Virus record (IMG/VR): IMGVR_UViG_3300045988_072432
DNA: 64,000 bases
Reading direction: 5' to 3' (one strand)
Source: a virus
Within the stretch, counting starts at the first letter, position 1; every line of letters begins with the position of its first letter. The translations under genes and the position numbers were made by a program. The notes under the pieces are model-generated. The model was not told the origin of the DNA. It was given only the letters and a program-made list of their open reading frames with translations, and searched no databases. This document shows, one piece after another, positions 28,861-37,246 of the stretch.

Positions 28861-29170
28861 TTAATTTTTGCACTTAATTTTGGGGGTTCACAAGGGGAAT
28901 CTTCGCACGCCTTGTAGTGGGCATATATGATATGTATATGGATATTCCTATATGGCCTATGCCTGTCCTCTTGAGAGTGTATTATATACCTGTATATTGA
29001 TAGGGCCATTAATGGACTAAGGTGATAAAGAATTAAGGCCCATTAGCTATATCCCTATTATTGCCCTCTATAAACCTATTAGGTCCTAATTCAATAAGGC
29101 CATATAGGGACTATGGTAAGCCTATAGAGATTAGGATAGCCTATAAGGGCTTACTAAGTTAGCGTAAGTA
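28861..29170. repeat. non-coding block of degenerate short motifs (TAAGGSCC, CCTAT, ATTGCC)
   Basis: Examples: taaggcc at 29034 and 29095, taagggc at 29144, ggccattaatgga, ctataaacct. The same words recur in the 29.8-30.3 kb block. Confidence 0.4.
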
Positions 29171-29172
29171 AA

Positions 29173-29201
29173 AACCCAGGTACCTAAGTTAGGCCTGGGT
29201 T
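29173..29201 (-). terminator. rho-independent terminator ending the early leftward operon
   Basis: 8-bp stem aacccagg / cctgggtt with a 13-nt loop, followed by a U-run on the minus strand. Lies 7 nt after the stop of 29208..29501. Confidence 0.65.
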
Positions 29202-29207
29202 AAGGTA

Positions 29208-29501
29208 TTAATCGAAGTATGCCTTGAATGTAATATCGTCAGCATTAAAGGTAATATCTGGTTCAAGATCCTCTGGGTCTGGTTGCTCAAGTTCGAATTC
29301 GATTAGGCAATCGTCTGTATTGATATAGATGGTGATTTCCTTGTGTTGGGAGGTAATTAATTTAGGTAAGACCCGTTCGAAATGTTTTTGTGAACCCCAG
29401 ATATAAAGATGCCATGGGTAATCAGGAGTGTAAGCAATAAGATTTATGATTACTGTGTTAGAGATACGATCTGTACTCCAGTTGTTTTTTGTTGTTGCCA
29501 T
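29208..29501 (-). CDS. hypothetical protein
   Basis: 97-aa ORF followed by a terminator. Confidence 0.55.
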   Translation of the reverse strand: MATTKNNWSTDRISNTVIINLIAYTPDYPWHLYIWGSQKHFERVLPKLITSQHKEITIYINTDDCLIEFELEQPDPEDLEPDITFNADDITFKAYFD

Positions 29502-29518
29502 AATGATATGTATTTATA

Positions 29519-29542
29519 GGGGTACCTTGTTATGGGTACCCC
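29519..29542 (-). terminator. hairpin GGGGTACC-N8-GGTACCCC
   Basis: 8-bp GC-rich stem between the small ORF 29573..29731 and 29208..29501. No clear U-tract. Confidence 0.4.
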
Positions 29543-29572
29543 TTAAGTTAATTTAGCAAGTGAAAGGAACCG

Positions 29573-29731
29573 TTACTGTGTAACTGTGTAAAGGTTTTCG
29601 AATTCGTTTACCTTGGGTGCTTGACCGAAGCATGCCTCAGGGTAAGAAGGATAGGCATCGGGTGCAGCAATTAATGAAAGATTAATACTCTTTGCAAAAT
29701 TAAAATCAGTTGTTAAAATACTTGTTTTCAT
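29573..29731 (-). CDS. 52-aa small protein (candidate)
   Basis: Hand-translated: MKTSILTTDFNFAKSINLSLIAAPDAYPSYPEACFGQAPKVNEFENLYTVTQ. Full -33/-7 promoter about 30 nt upstream and a hairpin downstream. Confidence 0.35.
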   Translation of the reverse strand: MKTSILTTDFNFAKSINLSLIAAPDAYPSYPEACFGQAPKVNEFENLYTVTQ

Positions 29732-29761
29732 ACGTTTATATTTAATTAGTTATTATTACAA

Positions 29762-29797
29762 TGCAAATATAAATATAATATATTATATATGCAATAA
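29762..29797 (-). promoter_or_regulatory. Bacteroidota-type promoter (-7 TATATTTG, -33 TTG)
   Basis: The minus strand reads TTATTGCA-N20-TATATTTGCAT. The same architecture occurs at 32974..33010 and 36024..36059. Confidence 0.5.
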
Positions 29798-29802
29798 CCC
29801 TA

Positions 29803-30236
29803 ATTGCCTTCGTAGGTTATTAAGGGCCTTGAATTATATTTGCCTAAATCTCCGAGGCCATGAATGGAGATTGCCATTTACCTTCCCTACCTATAACTAA
29901 TATTATATAATACCTAATGGCTCTAGGCAATCTAGGTACCACTAAATCACAAAATTGTCCTAGAGTTCTGCAAATATCCATAATATAAATACTAAGCAAA
30001 TTACTTACAGAGTTACTAGGAATATTGCCTAAATATTACCTATAAAGGCCTTAAATCCTATAAACCTTTTAGCCTTGAAACCTAATAATTTTAATTGCCT
30101 AATCACAAATCCTATTGCCTAATCCCAGTACTTATTATATAATATATACTAATATAAATGGCTCTTAGGGGTAGGGGATTTAGGGGCCCCTAATGGTCGG
30201 ATTTTGTGTACCTTTTTAGCCTTTTTGTGATTGCCT
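29803..30236 (+). repeat. array of same-orientation ATTGCCT(A)A iteron-like motifs
   Basis: attgcct at 29803, 30024, 30094, 30114 and 30230, and tttgcctaa at 29839. Also aatggctct(t)agg x2, tatagtgg x2 and attatataat tracts. Confidence 0.5.
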
Positions 30237-30494
30237 TTAAAGTGTGGGGTAGTAGAGCTAGAGAGCTATATAGTATAGTGGCTATAGTGTAGTTGTATAG
30301 TGGTAGGTAGGTACCCATACCTGGTTCACCAAAGGCAAATACCCCCGGCGAGGTACCTTGATATATGTATTTGGTATTATTATATTAGTAGATGGTATAT
30401 TGGTTATAGATGGGATAGGTATTATATTATGTACCTTAGTTAGCGTTAGTATGATTTTGTTTTGTTTTTGGGTGGTGTGGGAGGTACCCGGTAT

Positions 30495-30641
30495 TTATTC
30501 GATTAGGTATACCTGTATGAAGGCATATACTAAAAGGATTACGATTAGATTCATTCTGTAGATGAATTTCTTTGTTAGGTAGGCTTCTTCATTTAGGATT
30601 AGGAGCCAGGTTGTTACGATGAGTAGGATTAGTGATTTCAT
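30495..30641 (-). CDS. 48-aa two-TM peptide (candidate)
   Basis: Hand-translated: MKSLILLIVTTWLLILNEEAYLTKKFIYRMNLIVILLVYAFIQVYLIE. Directly downstream of 30679..30888. Confidence 0.3.
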   Translation of the reverse strand: MKSLILLIVTTWLLILNEEAYLTKKFIYRMNLIVILLVYAFIQVYLIE

Positions 30642-30678
30642 AATTTTTTAGTATTATTGTATGTACCTTGATATAATC

Positions 30679-30888
30679 CTATATGTATAGGATACCAGGA
30701 TTAGTGATGAGGTGTATAGGGTTAGGATTATTAGCTGTGAGATGATATACCTTATTTACGTCATTTATGATTTCCTTTTTAGCCTTCTCTATGTCTTCAA
30801 AGAATGAATGATAGCATATACTTTTCTCAGGTACAGATAAATCTGTAGTATCCTCAATGATTACTAGAGTTGTTATTGTTAGTTTCAT
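30679..30888 (-). CDS. early hypothetical protein
   Basis: 69-aa ORF, tightly packed with its neighbours. Confidence 0.5.
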   Translation of the reverse strand: MKLTITTLVIIEDTTDLSVPEKSICYHSFFEDIEKAKKEIINDVNKVYHLTANNPNPIHLITNPGILYI

Positions 30889-30892
30889 GATG

Positions 30893-31219
30893 TTAATTGA
30901 GTTGAGGGTTAAACATTTGTTTTGGTTGGACTAATAGGCAGCAATGAGGATAACCTGCTTCATCGAGGATTCCCAGTATAAGATATCGATTGGTATCTCT
31001 GGGAATTTCGAAATAGAAAGCTGGTTTCATGTCGCCATCTATGAATGTAAAAACTATCTGAGTGTTTTCTAGTAACCCATTTAGTTGTACATGAGAAAGG
31101 TAGTTATAAATAGCTTCCCTTTGATTTCTTGGGTTTTTATCCCATGAGATGAGCATATCGTCATACCAATTTGGATTATCGCATAGCTTTTTAAGTTGTT
31201 GTTGAATATACGGTGTCAT
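30893..31219 (-). CDS. early hypothetical protein
   Basis: 108-aa ORF with a 4-nt overlap upstream. Confidence 0.55.
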   Translation of the reverse strand: MTPYIQQQLKKLCDNPNWYDDMLISWDKNPRNQREAIYNYLSHVQLNGLLENTQIVFTFIDGDMKPAFYFEIPRDTNRYLILGILDEAGYPHCCLLVQPKQMFNPQLN

Positions 31220-31509
31220 GATTTGAAGTAATAATATAAGTCCTCGATTAGTTTATCCTGTTCTTCCCATATAGTATCTGATACTACGTATTCTGATACG
31301 AAATAGTTATAGAAAGGCCCAAATAGTATTTTTAATACTATGTCCTTGAGTTCGATATTGAGTTGTTCCTCTTCTTCGGTAGAACTGGGTTTGATTGCCT
31401 GAAGTTCTGCCTTATAGGATGCCATTACGGCATCCTTTAGGGTTTGAATATATTCTGGGTTAGTTTCCTTGAGAATACTTAATTGTGATTTGAGTTCTTT
31501 ACTTATCAT
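31216..31509 (-). CDS. early hypothetical protein
   Basis: 97-aa ORF. Confidence 0.55.
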   Translation of the reverse strand: MISKELKSQLSILKETNPEYIQTLKDAVMASYKAELQAIKPSSTEEEEQLNIELKDIVLKILFGPFYNYFVSEYVVSDTIWEEQDKLIEDLYYYFKS

Positions 31510-31861
31510 GGGGCTTAGCGATTATGGATATGAATCCTTGTGGATATTGAGTATAGAATAATTGATAGTTCCCTGTGGGCAAGAAGACTTGCATTATGTT
31601 TGCAAGTAATGGGTAGATTTTCCATTGGTTTTCCTCTAGAAACTTGTCCCAGGCTTCTGATTCTTCGGGATAATTTCCAGAAAGTTGAATGTGATATTCC
31701 TTTTGTTCCGGAATAAATAAATTGGTTACTATCTGAATTTCGTCTGATTCCTTTTTGTATTGAGTAATAGGATACCAGATGCCTTCGGTTTTCCATTTAT
31801 TGAGTTGGAACAAGGACATGCCCTGTTCCAGTACGTTTAAAAGTTTATATAAGTTTACCAT
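31499..31861 (-). CDS. early hypothetical protein
   Basis: 120-aa ORF. Confidence 0.55.
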   Translation of the reverse strand: MVNLYKLLNVLEQGMSLFQLNKWKTEGIWYPITQYKKESDEIQIVTNLFIPEQKEYHIQLSGNYPEESEAWDKFLEENQWKIYPLLANIMQVFLPTGNYQLFYTQYPQGFISIIAKPHDK

Positions 31862-31866
31862 AGTGA

Positions 31867-32388
31867 TTATTTATTAAGTTGTCTAATGAGTTCTGATGCA
31901 GCCAGGGAATCAAAGAGTTGGGTTTCTCTTTTGTCGGATTCCCATTTTTCGAGAGCATTATATGTTGCCGTATATTGATATATCATGTCCTCATCTTGTT
32001 CCTCGTCCTGGATGAATTCCCGGAGATGTTTTTTGAGTCCAGTAATTATGTAATCCTGATGTTCTGGAGTTAATTGAGGAATACCAAATATGATAGCTTC
32101 TACCTGTGATGGAGAATAATCATAGTATTGGTCGTCAGCACCCTTTGTTAGATCCATGTGGGAGATGATGTTTTCCTTTAAGTTTTCGAATAAGTCTTCC
32201 TCTGAGGAGTATACCATTATGTAACCAGAGATATAAGAAGCAAGTGGATCATCATCCAGATCAATTGAGTAGACCCAGATATGTTTTGAATCCTTGTTAA
32301 TATGGAGACCATCAGCATAGTCGTAAGTAAAAAATGGGTGGGCAGCAAGCAAGTTGCGGATTTCGCTTAAATTTTTTAAATCATTCAT
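31867..32388 (-). CDS. early acidic hypothetical protein
   Basis: 173-aa ORF downstream of the promoter contained in the 57-bp repeat. Confidence 0.6.
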   Translation of the reverse strand: MNDLKNLSEIRNLLAAHPFFTYDYADGLHINKDSKHIWVYSIDLDDDPLASYISGYIMVYSSEEDLFENLKENIISHMDLTKGADDQYYDYSPSQVEAIIFGIPQLTPEHQDYIITGLKKHLREFIQDEEQDEDMIYQYTATYNALEKWESDKRETQLFDSLAASELIRQLNK

Positions 32389-32428
32389 AACGTCTATATT
32401 TAAAAATTATTTGAGAAATATTTCTCAC

Positions 32429-32485
32429 TGCAAATATAAATATAATATTTGAATTATATACTATATTTCTATTTCTTTTTATAAA
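32429..32485 (-). repeat. 57-bp exact direct repeat, copy 1 (contains -7 box TATATTTG)
   Basis: tgcaaatataaatataatatttgaattatatactatatttctatttctttttataaa is identical to 45454..45510. It overlaps the 3' end of 32479..32904. Confidence 0.9.
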
Positions 32486-32904
32486 TACGGGAGTTCTAGG
32501 ATGTGTTTGAGATGCATCCTAGAATTATTTTGATTAGTACTGCCCCGTAAAATTGTAAAATTGATAATGATAAATAATGAAGTATCATTGAAATGAACCG
32601 AGATAGTATCTCCATCGGAGTTTGCCATATAATGACCGTTATCGTTGAGTTCCTTCAGAGGAGTTTCCCAATTAGAATTGATATACTGAATGACCTTGTT
32701 TTCGAATGATTTGGATTCTTCGACGTAGATATCAGAATCGGCATCATCATCGGGGTAATTTGAAAAGTTGAGATTAAGAGTTCCCAAATAAGATTCATCC
32801 GGATTCGAGATTTCCTGATAGAAATCGTGTCTGTAGAAGAATTGCTTTTGAGTTCCATCGAATTGTTCTTTGATAAAATCCCTGATTTCTGTAATCGTTA
32901 TCAT
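32479..32904 (-). CDS. early hypothetical protein
   Basis: 141-aa ORF. Promoter at 32974 and a GC hairpin in the leader. Confidence 0.55.
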   Translation of the reverse strand: MITITEIRDFIKEQFDGTQKQFFYRHDFYQEISNPDESYLGTLNLNFSNYPDDDADSDIYVEESKSFENKVIQYINSNWETPLKELNDNGHYMANSDGDTISVHFNDTSLFIIINFTILRGSTNQNNSRMHLKHILELPYL

Positions 32905-32973
32905 AATGATTGAGTTTTGTGACCCGTTGCGGGGTCGGATTAATAATAATAATAATATTATTTCTTTTCTCTT

Positions 32974-33010
32974 TGCAAATATAAGAATAATATATTATAT
33001 ATGCAAATAA
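32974..33010 (-). promoter_or_regulatory. Bacteroidota-type promoter (-33 TTG / -7 TATATTTG)
   Basis: tgcaaatataagaataat... (18 nt shared with 39158..39175) plus tgcaaataa 28 nt away. Confidence 0.5.
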
Positions 33011-33017
33011 ATTTAAA

Positions 33018-33062
33018 GGAGTCCAGGTTCTAGGTTTCGATAGGGATTTGTACCTGGACTCC
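33018..33062 (-). terminator. rho-independent terminator
   Basis: 11-bp stem ggagtccaggt / acctggactcc, followed by TTTAAATTTATTT on the minus strand. Lies after the stop of 33090..33476. Confidence 0.6.
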
Positions 33063-33089
33063 CTGGGGATATATTAACGGATTTAGGGA

Positions 33090-33476
33090 TTAGTATAACT
33101 CATCGGCCAATAACGGTTCATTATTTGGCTTATTTAGTTTCTCCTTTGAACGTCTAGTAGCCCAATTCTCGTAGGGTTTGTAACTAAATGTACGCATTGT
33201 TTCATCGTATGCAGCATATACCATTCGTTTACGAGAGATTCTCCTTCCGTAAGTTTTCTTAAGATTAGCAAACCAATCTAGATACTCCTGTAAAGAGTTA
33301 AAAGTTTCTTTATGCCCGTCTAAATTACTTTTGGGACGGGTTTTCCATGTTGCTTCTATATAGCATTGGTGTAAGGTGATTGATATAAAGTATCTGCACC
33401 AGGTAGCACTAATGATAGTGCCCGTGGAGATTTCGATCTCCTGGGCAACTAATGGTCTAACGTTATACTTTGTCAT
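33090..33476 (-). CDS. early hypothetical protein
   Basis: 128-aa ORF. Confidence 0.55.
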   Translation of the reverse strand: MTKYNVRPLVAQEIEISTGTIISATWCRYFISITLHQCYIEATWKTRPKSNLDGHKETFNSLQEYLDWFANLKKTYGRRISRKRMVYAAYDETMRTFSYKPYENWATRRSKEKLNKPNNEPLLADELY

Positions 33477-33859
33477 GATATTGAGAAATTAAGTTGGAAA
33501 ATCCAGTTGTTTCTATCGAGTTGATTGAATGATATGAACATCCCATCATTATCGGTGAATTCATTCATGAACCGAATTGCAGCATCCGCTAATTGTCCCT
33601 TATAGGGATTGGTATCTGCAGTTATCACTGATTCGAATGTAAATGTATAATAGGTAGTCTCATATATTTGGATTTGGTTGATATCCAAGCAATTGAGTTT
33701 GTAATCCTCTTCCAGTTGAATGAGGAGTCCCATTAGAAGATTTAAGAGATGACCCTGTTCATCAGAGTCGAGTTCAAATGTAGATTTCTTGTCTAAGAAA
33801 TTGCGAACTACCTTAGTTAGTTGTTCGTCTTGATTGTAAGTTACTGAGTTGGTTTTCAT
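33473..33859 (-). CDS. early hypothetical protein
   Basis: Track ORF 33473..33889, trimmed to MKTNSV... because the first 10 codons are the conserved promoter/leader repeat. Confidence 0.55.
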   Translation of the reverse strand: MKTNSVTYNQDEQLTKVVRNFLDKKSTFELDSDEQGHLLNLLMGLLIQLEEDYKLNCLDINQIQIYETTYYTFTFESVITADTNPYKGQLADAAIRFMNEFTDNDGMFISFNQLDRNNWIFQLNFSIS

Positions 33860-33896
33860 ATTTTTGTCTATTTTAAAATTGATATGCAAATATAAT
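33857..33896 (-). promoter_or_regulatory. 40-nt promoter + leader repeat, copy 1
   Basis: catatttttgtctattttaaaattgatatgcaaatataat. It differs by 1 nt from 35996..36035. The ATG is its last 3 nt on the minus strand. Confidence 0.6.
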
Positions 33897-33964
33897 CATT
33901 TTTATTTTAATACTAAAATATATCCCTTTTATTTTTAAAGTGGCTGAGGATGTGTACACGCTAT

Positions 33965-33991
33965 GAAAGGCAGTGGATTAGACTGCCTTTC
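33965..33991 (-). terminator. 10-bp hairpin after 33996..34502
   Basis: gaaaggcagt / actgcctttc. Weak U-tract. Confidence 0.4.
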
Positions 33992-33995
33992 AAAT

Positions 33996-34502
33996 TTAGA
34001 GAACCAGGGTATTCTTGGCATAATTGCAAGCATCCTCAAGGATATATGGAGCAGAAGAGCATAAAGCAGCATAGCCAACTCGATTCAAATCATGATTTTT
34101 CTTTTCTAATTCCTCTTTGATTATCTTTTTAAGAGATTCCCCAATCTTCTGAGATAACTCTTGAGATTGATAATAGATTCTCAATTGGTTGATAAGGTCT
34201 TTTAGGGCTTCATCACTGGGTGTTAAACATTCAGCCTTATCAAGATCTAGGATTCCATCCCCAAGGTCTTTCCAAATCTCAAACCCAATATGAATTATCT
34301 CTTCGGTAAATCCCCCGAACTCTTCATATTCGAGTTTAGTACCCTTATCAAATCCCCAATAATATCTGGCTAAAGGTATCAGATATCCCGTTAACCTTTG
34401 GGGAACTAGATTCTCTATATAATGATCCAAAGTAATTATATAGACCTTATTAGGCCTCAGTGTTACTGCTATCCTGCATATTCGCTTTGTTGTCTGGCTC
34501 AT
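33996..34502 (-). CDS. early hypothetical protein
   Basis: 168-aa ORF. Confidence 0.55.
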   Translation of the reverse strand: MSQTTKRICRIAVTLRPNKVYIITLDHYIENLVPQRLTGYLIPLARYYWGFDKGTKLEYEEFGGFTEEIIHIGFEIWKDLGDGILDLDKAECLTPSDEALKDLINQLRIYYQSQELSQKIGESLKKIIKEELEKKNHDLNRVGYAALCSSAPYILEDACNYAKNTLVL

Positions 34503-34818
34503 AGTAGTGTAGTTTTTGAATTACAGCTTGAATATATGTATTCTTCTCACGGTATTGAAAGATAATTGAGATAAGCACCTCATCCTTGGGTAGTAACATT
34601 TGAATTAGATTCCCTGGTACTACTAAAGTAGGTATACATTTGCATTCTTCTCGAGAAAAATTCTCGATTATCATTTCGGCTCTTTTTATGGGTTCTGGCT
34701 TAGTTGGGTCCAAAGTTAGGATTGGAGCAGTTACGCATTCCTTTAAGCCTTTTGTTAAGGCCTCATGTAACCATTCATCTTGAATAGTTTCGGCATTTAG
34801 CATAGTCATTTTAATCAT
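34450..34818 (-). CDS. early hypothetical protein
   Basis: 122-aa ORF. Confidence 0.5.
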   Translation of the reverse strand: MIKMTMLNAETIQDEWLHEALTKGLKECVTAPILTLDPTKPEPIKRAEMIIENFSREECKCIPTLVVPGNLIQMLLPKDEVLISIIFQYREKNTYIQAVIQKLHYYEPDNKANMQDSSNTEA

Positions 34819-35162
34819 ATCCGGAATCTATTTAATGTCCATGTTTCGTATAAACAGTTTGCTTCTTTGTTCAAGTTTAGGGTTTTAGCCTTACTAAACA
34901 CCCAAATCTCATAATCTCTATATTCTAAAGCCAATCTACTGAACTTAGAAGTTTGAAAGATTATTAGACTTGAGGTTCTTGATAGCATATCAGAATGGCA
35001 AGTCACCTTATCTGAAGTAATCTTATCCTTAAAAGCCATTAATAAACTCTCATCTGACTTTTCTTGATTCTCCGTTAGAAGTTTGATAAACTCTACTTCT
35101 ACATCCTGATTCATGTGTACCTTTCTAAAGGCGAATTTTTCTTTATTTTCCATACGTATCAT
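34815..35162 (-). CDS. early hypothetical protein
   Basis: 115-aa ORF. Confidence 0.5.
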   Translation of the reverse strand: MIRMENKEKFAFRKVHMNQDVEVEFIKLLTENQEKSDESLLMAFKDKITSDKVTCHSDMLSRTSSLIIFQTSKFSRLALEYRDYEIWVFSKAKTLNLNKEANCLYETWTLNRFRI

Positions 35163-35778
35163 TTTTAGATAAGAACTCTTGAGCTAGTTCATCTTGAGTT
35201 CTTTCGATTATATTCTTTACTATAGTTTTATTCTCTACTCTAGCCCAGTGTATGAGCATACCAAGTTGATTCTCCATATAAGCATCTATGAGATCTGGAT
35301 TTTTATAAAATAAGTCCCATTGTTTAAGGAAATTAGCCCGTATTAATCTGAGGTATTTAATGTCATTGATATCAGACATATCTATATATGGTGATACTCT
35401 TTCTTTAGTTTTGACCAATATACCCTCCAGTTGGGATGGGAGGCAAAAACAAGATGGCACTCTAAGATAAGTATTCTCACTTGGTACCAAGTGAGTAAAG
35501 GTAAACTTATTGTTAAAAACCGAAAAAGTCGAAAATCTCTTATTGAATATGATAGGTAGTTTGTACAGTAAGAGTACCGGAACAATATCATATATTATGT
35601 AATGTTTTCGATATTCCCGATATAAGTCAAAGTAAAGCCTTTCATCAAATTTACCCGATTCTTTCATGATTTTCTGCATAGAAGTATAAACGGATCTCAT
35701 AGCTTCTTTGAATTCTAAGTTATCGCCCCTAAGTTTGATAAGCTCCTTGGAGCACCGGTTTCTTTTAAATAAACTCAT
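35143..35778 (-). CDS. early hypothetical protein
   Basis: Track ORF 35143..35886. The Met at 35778 (MSLFKRNR...) begins just after the upstream stop at 35783, which removes a 104-nt overlap. Confidence 0.5.
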   Translation of the reverse strand: MSLFKRNRCSKELIKLRGDNLEFKEAMRSVYTSMQKIMKESGKFDERLYFDLYREYRKHYIIYDIVPVLLLYKLPIIFNKRFSTFSVFNNKFTFTHLVPSENTYLRVPSCFCLPSQLEGILVKTKERVSPYIDMSDINDIKYLRLIRANFLKQWDLFYKNPDLIDAYMENQLGMLIHWARVENKTIVKNIIERTQDELAQEFLSKNDTYGK

Positions 35779-35782
35779 GTGA

Positions 35783-35998
35783 TTAAAATGTAAAGTTAAT
35801 GTATATGTCTCGATTTCCCTTGAAGAATTTTTCATGATTAGAGTCATAATACTTATGGCAAGCATAAGATTGAGAATTTCTATCATAATGATTTCTTACC
35901 CATACCGGAGCAGTTTCCGTTGGCTTTAATTTAAAGTAAGTACCTTGATTAACCTTGTTAATCTTGGTTTTCTTGTAACAATTGGTCTGTACTTCCAT
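35783..35998 (-). CDS. early hypothetical protein
   Basis: Track ORF trimmed to MEVQTNCYKK..., the start defined by the conserved leader repeat. Confidence 0.5.
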   Translation of the reverse strand: MEVQTNCYKKTKINKVNQGTYFKLKPTETAPVWVRNHYDRNSQSYACHKYYDSNHEKFFKGNRDIYINFTF

Positions 35999-36059
35999 AT
36001 TTTTGTCTATTTTAAAATTGATATACAAATATAATTCTTTCTTTTTAAATATGCAATAA
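35996..36059 (-). promoter_or_regulatory. 40-nt promoter + leader repeat, copy 2, with upstream TTG element
   Basis: 35996..36035 matches 33857..33896 at 39 of 40 nt. tgcaataat lies 28 nt beyond the -7 box. Confidence 0.6.
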
Positions 36060-36069
36060 TCCCATATAA

Positions 36070-37023
36070 CTACGGTAGCTTATTATTCCGGAGAAATTGA
36101 GATGCAAAAGAGCTATTGTCTTCCTCTTCTGGTAATTCTTCTTCGTAAGTATAGAGTTCTGGATCTTCTTCATCTGGGTCTATATTCATTTCTATCTCTC
36201 TCCTTAATTCATGATGTTCTTTTGAGAATGAAGACATTGCTCCCTTATAGTCATCCGTGATTTGCATTAGCTCAGCTTTATTCAAGTTAAGCCCCTCCTT
36301 ACTGGTATCTACTCCCTCTTGTTTAGTAGCAACAACTTCTGGTAAACTACTGAGGTCATATCTTGACTCTAACAGTTTAGCTTCTTCGGTTTTATCCATT
36401 ACCCTTTGGGATTCCAATACAATTTGACGGGCTTCTTCAACTGTGATAGCATTTTGCTGAGTCACATTGTTCTGTTGATTAAATTGAGCAAATATATTAG
36501 TAGTGCTCCCTCCAGTAAGATTACGTACAATTGATTGAAGTGAAGTAGAAGATTCAAGTTTTAATTTAAGTGCTTTTCCTAATTCAGAAGATATGAAAGG
36601 TACATATTTTCCACCCTGAGACTCTCTCAAGATGTTAACCTGATGGGCAATCTCCATACGATCTTCCAAGACCCATGCTAGTTGTTCTCCCATTAAAGCT
36701 TGCAATAAATCTTCTGCCTTATCTTTATCCCATATTCTAGAGCTTAATAGCCTATCCCTCATAAATACACGTATGTAATTAATATCTATGCCCATACGGT
36801 ATGAGAAGGTATTAATATCATAGGTAATACCACATAATACACCATTACCCATCAACCATTGATTGATAATGTAATTATGTATCTTCATCAAAAGACTATC
36901 ATCAGGATTCTTTTGATATTCTAATGCCATAGCTGTAGTTCCCATGGGTCTTGGGAACCTTACTATCTTACTTTCTTTTTCTGACATACAAATGAGATTT
37001 TCGGATATCGGAACTTTCACCAT
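36070..37023 (-). CDS. hypothetical protein with acidic C-terminus
   Basis: 317-aa ORF. An alternative start is M13 at 36987. Confidence 0.55.
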   Translation of the reverse strand: MVKVPISENLICMSEKESKIVRFPRPMGTTAMALEYQKNPDDSLLMKIHNYIINQWLMGNGVLCGITYDINTFSYRMGIDINYIRVFMRDRLLSSRIWDKDKAEDLLQALMGEQLAWVLEDRMEIAHQVNILRESQGGKYVPFISSELGKALKLKLESSTSLQSIVRNLTGGSTTNIFAQFNQQNNVTQQNAITVEEARQIVLESQRVMDKTEEAKLLESRYDLSSLPEVVATKQEGVDTSKEGLNLNKAELMQITDDYKGAMSSFSKEHHELRREIEMNIDPDEEDPELYTYEEELPEEEDNSSFASQFLRNNKLP

Positions 37024-37246
37024 AACCTCTATACTCTAAATCATATCTTACATACAAATTCAAAGATAGGTTATAGAAATATCCCCTATACTTTTTCTTA
37101 TTCACTGATAAATTAAAAGGTTCACCAGAGATTAAGTCCCTGGTGAATATCAAATTACCTTTCCCCGTTGTTGGGATTTTAAGGCAAAGTTTATAATCCC
37201 CTACCTTAAATTTATTGCCATGAAGGTCTAGGATTTCCTTTGCCAT
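36968..37246 (-). CDS. early hypothetical protein
   Basis: 92-aa ORF. Confidence 0.45.
   Translation of the reverse strand: MAKEILDLHGNKFKVGDYKLCLKIPTTGKGNLIFTRDLISGEPFNLSVNKKKYRGYFYNLSLNLYVRYDLEYRGYGESSDIRKSHLYVRKRK

Noticed and set aside
28824-29009. 61-aa minus-strand ORF in the motif block.
   Set aside because: No promoter or start context. It lies in repeat-rich non-coding-looking DNA downstream of a strong terminator, and its His/Tyr/Ile-rich product looks odd.
30174-30191. G-quadruplex (GGGGtaGGGGatttaGGGG).
   Set aside because: There are only three G4 runs in close proximity. The fourth is more than 50 nt away.
30358-30561. 67-aa plus-strand hydrophobic ORF.
   Set aside because: It is a by-product of the G+T-rich plus strand. 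It overlaps a more plausible minus-strand 48-aa ORF and the GGTACC motifs.
27660-30700. tRNA genes, or a CRISPR-like array, in the gene-poor region.
   Set aside because: I found no T-loop (GGTTCGAnTCC-like) or cloverleaf-compatible segments. The repeats are short, degenerate and irregularly spaced, not a repeat-spacer array.
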